Both the position numbers and the translations under genes were made by a program. A DNA stretch of 64,000 nucleotides from Parvularculaceae bacterium (GTDB lineage: Bacteria; Pseudomonadota; Alphaproteobacteria; Caulobacterales; Parvularculaceae), in assembly GCA_965263305.1 (NCBI GenBank), contig OZ253666.1:1773511-1837510 (forward strand), written 5' to 3'. Positions 8,982 through 16,137 of this stretch are shown here, piece by piece. Each line of letters opens with the position of its first letter. The stretch's first letter is position 1. The notes under the pieces were generated by a model. That model worked only from the letters and a program-made list of their open reading frames with translations, was not told where the DNA came from and searched no databases.

Positions 8982-10414
8982 GCCGCCTTCCCCCCGATTA
9001 ACCGATCAGGATTTTCCTTGGCAGTCCTTACGATATCGCGATACTGAAAAATAAAGGGAATACCGCGCAGACCACGAAAAATTTCATAACCCTGAATAAC
9101 AGACCTGAGGGTCCAAAAGATGATAAAGAGGAGACTTCTGTTGGAGATTTGAGTCAGCAAATTGGTTCCTGCTAACTGCGCCGCGCCCTCAAGGCCATTT
9201 AACCAACGCTGCATCTGGTCGCGCCCCGAGGTCAAACCGCCAGCTTCGGTGATATCAGCGCTTCTGTTTAAATGAACAACGGAACGGATCGTACAATTCT
9301 TCCGCCCAAAGATATGGGCTGCAATTGAAAATGTAATGTCTTCGACCCTGTTACCAGAGTATTTTGTGAACTCTCTTAATATTGCAACGCCTTCATCATA
9401 TTTCGCGAGCGTCGCGCCGCCTGGTAAGAAATTTAAATTTGCGTGCCCATGCATCAGGGCAGTGCCTGCGACAAGCGGATTAACGCGGGAATCATCCCAG
9501 ACTGGCTCCCCAGAATCATCAAATGGCACCAAAAGATTGCTAGCGCCAACGAAAAATTCTCCACCCCGGGATAACGAAATCATTTCAGATAAACCGCTCG
9601 GTTGTTCTGCGGAAAATTGTGATTTTATCGCTTTGAGGCGTGAAGAGCGGGAGAAAAAATCTTGTAAATTGTCTTTGAGCGTTCTTCGATCAAACTGACG
9701 GGATCGAAGTCGCGTTTCAGCGTCCATTGCTAATAAGTATTGCGGGCGATACCGTCCAACCATGTATTGATCGTATAAAAATTCATAAATATCGCGCAGC
9801 GCACGAACCTTGCCTCTATTTTTTTGATTATCGATATGTTGGTCAATCCAAATTAAATCAATCGACTTAGTATCACCCAGCGCTTGACTATCAATGCATA
9901 TTTCATTGGGTGCGTGTTCTTCGGCGTTAGATTGGTTTGGCGCCGTGTGCCCCCGGAACACACGATCAAATCCAAACTGACCTAGTGAATTTGACAATAA
10001 ACCAGTCGTACCGCCTCCATTGTTGAGGACAACGAACACTTCCCCATTCAGGTTGCATTCTCTCAATTGCGTAACGATTTCAGATAGCGTCGTCGGCAGT
10101 AGCTTGTCGGCGTCGAAAACGGATATCAAAATCGCAATCCGGTCTTTGTCGAAGCCAAATTCACCAATTCGCTGACGATCATTCGCGATACGATCAAGCG
10201 AACAAGCAAATTTTTCGTCCATCTGTGCGATTTGATCCGCAGGGGTCAGTTCACGCCATCGTCGCCAATCCATTCGGACATCACGAACGCACTGTTCCTT
10301 TAGCAAATTTAGATCAGGAACCTTAGTCCAAACGTTTTTCGTTTTGGCAGTGACGCTTGACGTTCGGAAAAAGCGATTACCTCTGTTGGTTCTTTTTTGT
10401 GTGAGCTCTAGCAT
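8975..10414 (-). CDS. Hypothetical protein (479 aa) embedded in the operon; function unknown
   Basis: Long ORF with consistent codon usage and tightly packed with its neighbours (7-nt overlap downstream, 6-nt gap upstream). I recognise no clear motif; a glycosyltransferase-like fold cannot be excluded. Confidence 0.5.
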   Translation of the reverse strand: MLELTQKRTNRGNRFFRTSSVTAKTKNVWTKVPDLNLLKEQCVRDVRMDWRRWRELTPADQIAQMDEKFACSLDRIANDRQRIGEFGFDKDRIAILISVFDADKLLPTTLSEIVTQLRECNLNGEVFVVLNNGGGTTGLLSNSLGQFGFDRVFRGHTAPNQSNAEEHAPNEICIDSQALGDTKSIDLIWIDQHIDNQKNRGKVRALRDIYEFLYDQYMVGRYRPQYLLAMDAETRLRSRQFDRRTLKDNLQDFFSRSSRLKAIKSQFSAEQPSGLSEMISLSRGGEFFVGASNLLVPFDDSGEPVWDDSRVNPLVAGTALMHGHANLNFLPGGATLAKYDEGVAILREFTKYSGNRVEDITFSIAAHIFGRKNCTIRSVVHLNRSADITEAGGLTSGRDQMQRWLNGLEGAAQLAGTNLLTQISNRSLLFIIFWTLRSVIQGYEIFRGLRGIPFIFQYRDIVRTAKENPDRLIGGKAAW

Positions 10415-10420
10415 TTGACA

Positions 10421-12826
10421 TCATCCTTGGGCGCTCATGCCAGCAACAACACGCTCGCTATCTTCCCTAACGAAAGGCTTCCTCTTGTTTGGCCCATTGC
10501 GAGCCAAACGTTCGTGTGCATTTGTAAATGACCCTGATGCGATTGACGCTGTAATAGAAATTTCTCCGCACAAACATAAAGCGCAGACTATTTCAGCCAG
10601 AGCAGCGGCGGTATTTGGACCTTCGCCAAGTCCCAATAATGAGAGGGCGGCTTTCTGGCTGGGCAATCCCGTGCCCCCCCCAACTGTCCCAACAATAATT
10701 CCTGGCATTGCTAAGGTATATCGAACACCTTGGTCCGTCCGCACTATTCTACCATTTCCGACAGCAGACTCTGCAACGCATGCAACATCTTGTCCGGTCG
10801 CCAGATATAATGCCGCTAAACCATTCGCCAGCTGAGCTTGTACACCGAATTGACCGCTAATTGAGGAGCCTAATTGGGCGACCTCGTGGTAGCGTATGAG
10901 TGTATCCGGACAAACGCCGAGCAATTTGTGACATACGTCATTTGGTATTGTCACCGATGCACAAACCGATCGCCCGCGCCCCTTCATGACGCCAGCGTAA
11001 CTTGCCTTCTTGTCACCAGACAATCCGCCGTCAATAAACCACTCCGATATTTTCAATGTCGAAATGTTGGCGATGTATCGGCACATTGCATCGGTTGCAA
11101 TGGTCGCCATGTTCTGGCCCGCCGCGTTCCCCGTCGTATAGCGGACAATTAGGTAGACAATCTCACCCTGGCGCAGGCAATCCAGCTTATTCACAACGCC
11201 AAAACGCGTGGTCTTTTGAGCAACACTTTTGAGGACATCTTTGCTCTTTTCGACCCATTCAACGAATTCTGTCGCAGCATTGAAATCTTGAAATAAAAAC
11301 GCCGGACAGCGCAGTACCCCATCATCGATTGTAGCAATCTCAACCCCGCCAGCTTTTCGGGCAGCCATGGCGCCGCGCGCATAGGATGCCACTAACGCTG
11401 CTTCGGTTGTTGCTAATGGCGTATAAAATTCTCCGATAGCATGATCACCTCGTACGGGAATAGGGCCGACTAGCCCCATTGGCACTTTCACGGTGCCAAT
11501 GTATTTCTCAATGTTCCCCGCATAGGCGCCGGCTTGATCAACGCTGTCCCCATCTGCGATGAGATCGTGGACACCGTCTTGGATATTAATGACATTGCCG
11601 AGTTTTTTCCATCGACGAAGCGTTGAATTTGAATGAAAGCTAGATGCTGGCTGGGAAGGCGCAGTTTTAAGATCTTTGTCAACACGAACCAGCCGTAGCG
11701 AACTACCATCGCTCCGTGCACTGCGCGCGCCAACAGAAAATGCTGTATTGTTAATAACATCCTGATTGAGAGTTGCTCTCTCATCGACAGACAGCGCCTT
11801 GGCAAAATATAATACTGTCTCGGCAAGTCCCGCTGATAGAGGGACGGTCGGTCGCCAGTTTAACAACTGGGTGGCGAGTCCAATATCTGGCTTCCTGATT
11901 TTTGGATCATCGCTCGGAGCTTCCTTAAACGAAATAGAAGTTTCCGTTGTAACAAAATCCTTCACCAGACCCGCAAGTTCCGCTATCGTAAATTCGTCTT
12001 GGTTGCCCAGATTGACCGGTCTAGCATTAACTTGGTTCACGGCCATTAACCGCAGCAGACCTTCGACTAAATCACTGACAAAGCAGAATGATCTCGTTTG
12101 CTTGCCGTTTCCATAGATCGTCAGCGGCGCCCCTTGCAAGGCCTGTACGATGAAATTCGAAACCACTCTTCCATCATCCGGCCGCATTCTGGGCCCGTAT
12201 GTATTGAAAATGCGAGCAACGCGAATATCGACGTCATGTTCTCGGTGATAATCAAAAAACAACGATTCCGCAGCGCGTTTTCCTTCATCATAACACGATC
12301 GAATTCCATTTGGATTCACGTTTCCGTTGTATGACTCGGTTTGCGGATGGTGATCTGCATGGGGATCGCCGTAAACCTCAGATGTCGACGCCTGTAGTAT
12401 GCGCGCTCCGGTTTTCTTTGCTTGTTCCAGTAAGTTCATGGACCCAATCACGCAGGTGCGCATTGTACGAATGGGATCTAACTGATAGAGGGGTGGAGAC
12501 GCCGGGCAAGCGAGGTTAAAAATAAAGTCCACATCGAACGTTTCGGACGTTTCGATATCCGCCTCGACGAAAGAGAAATTAGTATGATCCAGAACCGGTT
12601 GTATATTGATCAAAGAGCCAGTTTGGAGATTGTCTAAGCATGTAACGTCTGCTCCAAGCCCAAGCAGCCGGTCACATAGATGGGATCCCAAAAATCCTGC
12701 GCCGCCGCATACAAGCACTGATTTGTTTTTAAACGTTTTTTCCGCCCTTGCGCACCACTCCTCATGAAGAGCAATCGTTCCTTCGTCGCGAAGCATTACA
12801 ACAATCCCCGTTTCCCGTAAAAACAA
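10421..12826 (-). CDS. Fusion protein: N-terminal UDP-glucuronate decarboxylase/NAD-dependent epimerase-dehydratase-like SDR plus C-terminal class I HMG-CoA reductase-like catalytic domain
   Basis: N-terminus: Rossmann motif VCGGAGFLGSHL and a YxxxK region matching the UXS/extended-SDR fold. C-terminus: HMGR hallmarks VKVPMGLVGPIPV, TTEAALVAS, NAAGQNMATIATDAM (DAMGMNM-like) and GTVGGGT. Confidence 0.75.
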   Translation of the reverse strand: MFLRETGIVVMLRDEGTIALHEEWCARAEKTFKNKSVLVCGGAGFLGSHLCDRLLGLGADVTCLDNLQTGSLINIQPVLDHTNFSFVEADIETSETFDVDFIFNLACPASPPLYQLDPIRTMRTCVIGSMNLLEQAKKTGARILQASTSEVYGDPHADHHPQTESYNGNVNPNGIRSCYDEGKRAAESLFFDYHREHDVDIRVARIFNTYGPRMRPDDGRVVSNFIVQALQGAPLTIYGNGKQTRSFCFVSDLVEGLLRLMAVNQVNARPVNLGNQDEFTIAELAGLVKDFVTTETSISFKEAPSDDPKIRKPDIGLATQLLNWRPTVPLSAGLAETVLYFAKALSVDERATLNQDVINNTAFSVGARSARSDGSSLRLVRVDKDLKTAPSQPASSFHSNSTLRRWKKLGNVINIQDGVHDLIADGDSVDQAGAYAGNIEKYIGTVKVPMGLVGPIPVRGDHAIGEFYTPLATTEAALVASYARGAMAARKAGGVEIATIDDGVLRCPAFLFQDFNAATEFVEWVEKSKDVLKSVAQKTTRFGVVNKLDCLRQGEIVYLIVRYTTGNAAGQNMATIATDAMCRYIANISTLKISEWFIDGGLSGDKKASYAGVMKGRGRSVCASVTIPNDVCHKLLGVCPDTLIRYHEVAQLGSSISGQFGVQAQLANGLAALYLATGQDVACVAESAVGNGRIVRTDQGVRYTLAMPGIIVGTVGGGTGLPSQKAALSLLGLGEGPNTAAALAEIVCALCLCGEISITASIASGSFTNAHERLARNGPNKRKPFVREDSERVVAGMSAQG

Positions 12827-13030
12827 ACAAGCGCCAACCCGATAGTTATAATTCGCGGCTTAATACCATCATTATACCGATGCATAATCAGTCAGCATTT
12901 AATTCGATATCGAAATGTTTTGACACCGACGAATTTGTGATTGATTTACACAAAAATTTTACCTGCGCAATACCGCTTCCGAAAATACCACCCATGATTG
13001 TATTCATATAAAAAGAAACGCATAGAGATC

Positions 13031-13098
13031 ATTAAGAAACTTAACCAAAAAACGCATTTTGATTAAGAATCTTAACGTCCATCATTAAGATTCTTAAC
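13031..13098. promoter_or_regulatory. Three palindromic TTAAG-N3-CTTAA sites (TTAAGAAACTTAA, TTAAGAATCTTAA, TTAAGATTCTTAA) in the AT-rich region upstream of the leftward 7-gene operon; candidate operator array
   Basis: Read directly from the sequence: three perfect 13-bp palindromes within 70 bp, about 200-270 bp upstream of the operon's first gene start at 12826. Confidence 0.4.
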
Positions 13099-13801
13099 TT
13101 GGATCGCTATAAAGAGTAATCTGGCTCCCGCACCCATCGACCGATCTGGATATTTCGCGACGTGGGAAAAATATTTTCCTGACGAAAAAATGCGATAATC
13201 AGATATTTTTTTATTCGAAACGAATAAGCGGTTGAGCAAGATCGAGCCATATCTTTAGGCGAGGCCTCGCGGACTTCACGCATGGCTAAGCGCCATGCGC
13301 AATGTTTGAGTGCCCGCCTGTATCAAAAAGGGCGCACATAAAGCCTCTGTAAGGAAACCGGTCGCTCACGATCCTGACGGACTCTTTGTCTTATGTGATG
13401 ATGGCGTGACGGGGGCGTTGACCCAGATGCGAAAGGGCAATGAAACCGTCCGGCGACGGGATGGTTCCTGCTTATGAGTAATACAATCTCGGCCAGCGCA
13501 TCTCTGCGCCCATGGTGGCGAGCCGTCTACAGACGATTTACCGCTATGATCAGTTCAACTGGTTGAATGAAGCCTGCCATGACGTGCAATTCGGCGTGGG
13601 CTATGATCGGTAGTTAACCGTTAACAGCATCCGGCAGGTCAAATCGTCCGATAGACAAGAATTATAAACGATATTTGCATTGTTTGATTTCAGAAAAACT
13701 GATGTCGCTTTTTATGCGGGTGATAAATATTTATTTTGTGAGGATTGAGCGTGGCTTGCCCAATCGAAGTGGTCCAACCAATTTATTAGAGTTGGCGTTA
13801 C

Positions 13802-14005
13802 ATGCAGCGGCGCTTATGTCGCCTCCATATTATAAGGCGGCTTGAACGACGCCTGCAAGATGAATTCAGGCATCGGCGTTGGTTCTCGCCCGCCCTCTAT
13901 CGCAAACGCAATGCCGTCGAACGCTCTTTCTGCCGACTGAAAGACTTCAGACGCACCGCAACCCGTTACGACAGGCTCGCTCGGAACTTCCTCGCGGCCG
14001 TATAG
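13802..14005 (+). pseudogene. IS5-family (IS427/IS1031-like) transposase C-terminal fragment
   Basis: RNAVERSFCRLKDFRRTATRYDRLARNFLAAV is the characteristic C-terminal tail of IS5-family DDE transposases. No upstream body is present. Confidence 0.55.
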
Positions 14006-14312
14006 CTCACGCCGATGAGTCCCGAACCTAAGAGGCGCGCTCGTCACGTCCGGCTAGGACGGTCGAAACCGGTTCAAGATCAGCTCAGCCAATGACGCCC
14101 AATATGATACGGCGGGCCGTCTTGACGGGATGGAGGGGAACCCGAATTGGCTTCCGCTGTGTGACGGCTCCAGCCAGATCGGCGTTCTATCGGAGGCAAT
14201 CTCATGGTCACATAGAACGTGGCTGCGCCATTGGGGTTTCGTCACTACAGCAAAAATGAGGGGTTTCGAACACCAGAATTATCTTTGCCTTTCAAGGTTC
14301 TAGATAATTTTT

Positions 14313-15032
14313 GGGGCTGTCCCAGAAGATTTAGTTTCTTGAGTATGGTTTGAGCCATTCTCGGAGTGTTTTCAAGAGCTGATCGGCGGCTCCATAATTG
14401 AAGCGCCACTCACATTCCTTGAGATAAAGATGGAAGTTTTGCTTGGGGATACCATTGTATTTCCTGAGGTGCCGCTTTGCCTGGTTCCAGAAGTTTTCGA
14501 TGCCGTTTATGTGGTTTTGCCTATCAGCGAAAAGCTGTGAATGGTTGATCCGCATATGGTGAAAATCAGTGATGTCGAGCGTGTCGTAAGATCGATAACT
14601 GTCGGTGTAAACAATGCTGTCAGGCTGTACTTTGCAAGCAATAATAGGGATTAACGTGTCAGCCTTGGTATCGCTGACAGCGACGGTGAACACGCGTCCT
14701 CCGCGTTTCAGCAGTCCAAAGACAGGTATCTTTCCAGCTGCGCCGCGTCCACGCTTACCCTTCCGAACACCGCCGAAATAGCTTTCATCAACTTCTACTT
14801 CGCCAGCCAACTCGGAGGCTTCTTCGATCAGCTTTTCCGCAATAACAATCCGCAAGCGATGATAGAAAGTGGCTGCTGTGTCCTTATTCACACCGACAAG
14901 CAAACAAGCCGTTCTGGCTGGCGTACCCGCAACGAAGTGTTCGAGCAGCTTATTCGTCTGATTATGCGTTAGTTTTGAATGCTTTAGCCGCATCCCGCCA
15001 TCCTAGATGTTTCAAACATCTGGGACAGCCCC
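14313..15032 (-). mobile_element. Intact IS1595-family insertion sequence (IS1016-like, about 720 bp) with imperfect about 20-bp terminal inverted repeats (GGGGCTGTCCCAGA...) and an 8-bp target-site duplication TAATTTTT
   Basis: IRL GGGGCTGTCCCAGAAG at 14313 and IRR (reverse complement) ...TCTGGGACAGCCCC ending at 15032. The flanking direct repeat is ..TAATTTTT|IS|TAATTTTT... The single internal ORF is a transposase. Confidence 0.7.
14331..14993 (-). CDS. IS1595-family (ISXO2/IS1016-like) DDE transposase
   Basis: 220-aa ORF filling the IS, with an N-terminal HTH-like region and a DDE-type core (…VYTDSYRSYD…, …NHINGIENFWNQAKRHL…). Confidence 0.75.
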   Translation of the reverse strand: MRLKHSKLTHNQTNKLLEHFVAGTPARTACLLVGVNKDTAATFYHRLRIVIAEKLIEEASELAGEVEVDESYFGGVRKGKRGRGAAGKIPVFGLLKRGGRVFTVAVSDTKADTLIPIIACKVQPDSIVYTDSYRSYDTLDITDFHHMRINHSQLFADRQNHINGIENFWNQAKRHLRKYNGIPKQNFHLYLKECEWRFNYGAADQLLKTLREWLKPYSRN

Positions 15033-15060
15033 TAATTTTTTTTTGCCCCTGAAAGTCGTA

Positions 15061-15136
15061 TGGTGCCGCATGGGTGACTTGAACACCCGACCCCATCATT
15101 ACGAATGATGTGCTCTACCAGCTGAGCTAATGCGGC
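15061..15136 (-). tRNA. tRNA-Thr (anticodon CGT), CCA encoded
   Basis: The reverse complement reads GCCGCATTAGCTCAGCTGGTAGAGCACATCATTCGTAATGATGGGGTCGGGTGTTCAAGTCACCCATGCGGCACCA. This gives a 7-bp acceptor stem, D-arm GCTC/GAGC, anticodon stem CATCA/TGATG with loop TTCGTAA (CGT), and T-arm GGGTG/CACCC with TTCAAGT. Confidence 0.8.
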
Positions 15137-15280
15137 TTGTCGGTTGTGAGGCTCTCCGAAATTCGAAGCTTCACAAGACAAGCGCTTTCCTTATCCGCTG
15201 GTTGTTGATCGTGCAAGCGAGAATTGCGAGCGCCCCGGATGCGGGGGTGCATCCAAAAGAGTGCGGCGGCGTGGTCCGGG

Positions 15281-15949
15281 TTAGGCGCTCTTGACGACGC
15301 GCACGGGTTGCGGCGCGGCGTGTACGCCCCGGCGCTTGGGTCGGTCAGAGGTCTCCTCTGGGGCGTTGTATTCGGGTTCCGCTTTTGCGGTCTCCTCAGG
15401 CCGGGAGAACTGTAGCCCGTAGATCTGGCCATCCCGGCGAATGACAATGCCCGCCGTCTGGCCGAGGGTCACCTTACTGCCAACCCGGATGTATCCATTG
15501 GTGCGGATCGCCGCCCCGGTGAGGGACATGTCCACAATGCGGCAGGAGACGGGGCCACGCTCGGTGATGCATTGGGTCTCGACCTTCATCCCGTCAACGC
15601 GTTCGGTCAGGCGGCGATCTATGGTGAGGGAGGTCACCGGGAGATCCTCGTTTTCCACCAACGGGTCAAGAGAATCGAGCAACCGCTCCCGGCGGCGTTC
15701 TGAGATTTTTAACTCCAGCGCAAACCCGCCCCGGAACACGCGCGCCACGATGCCTTCTAGCCGTGCGCCGCCATTCAAATGGGCGACGATGGCGTCGCCT
15801 TTGGCGGGTTGCGTTTTCGAAATGATCGCTATTCCGCCGCCTGAAATATCCCGGGCGATCCCTTCTCCGGGCAAATCCCCATTGATCAGGAAACGGGTGA
15901 AAATATCGGCATCGATCCGGGGGAATGCTCTGTTGTCCATCACGGACAC
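15281..15949 (-). CDS. PilZ-domain protein (two PilZ-like halves); putative c-di-GMP receptor
   Basis: Has an R-x-x-x-R-like region and D-x-S-x-x-G motifs (…GIARDISGGGIAIIS…; …CRIVDMSLTGAAIRT…). Confidence 0.6.
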   Translation of the reverse strand: MSVMDNRAFPRIDADIFTRFLINGDLPGEGIARDISGGGIAIISKTQPAKGDAIVAHLNGGARLEGIVARVFRGGFALELKISERRRERLLDSLDPLVENEDLPVTSLTIDRRLTERVDGMKVETQCITERGPVSCRIVDMSLTGAAIRTNGYIRVGSKVTLGQTAGIVIRRDGQIYGLQFSRPEETAKAEPEYNAPEETSDRPKRRGVHAAPQPVRVVKSA

Positions 15950-16137
15950 CTCCCAAGGTAGTGAAAAATATTAAAAACAACCTTGGGTATAAATTGATGG
16001 TGTGGCTAAACGTTCAATAAAGCCCCGAAAATGAGCGTTCTGTTGTTAAGGCGTTGGTTACCTCTTGCCGGAAGGCGGCGGCCCGAGCGGCCGCATGTTT
16101 TCGACATGGGGCTAAGATACGCAGCATTACCAGTGGT

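Noticed and set aside
8975-10414. 479-aa operon protein as a Stealth-family capsule phosphotransferase or GT2 glycosyltransferase
   Set aside because: I could not find the Stealth CR1-CR4 motifs or a convincing DxD/GT-A signature by eye. It is left as hypothetical.
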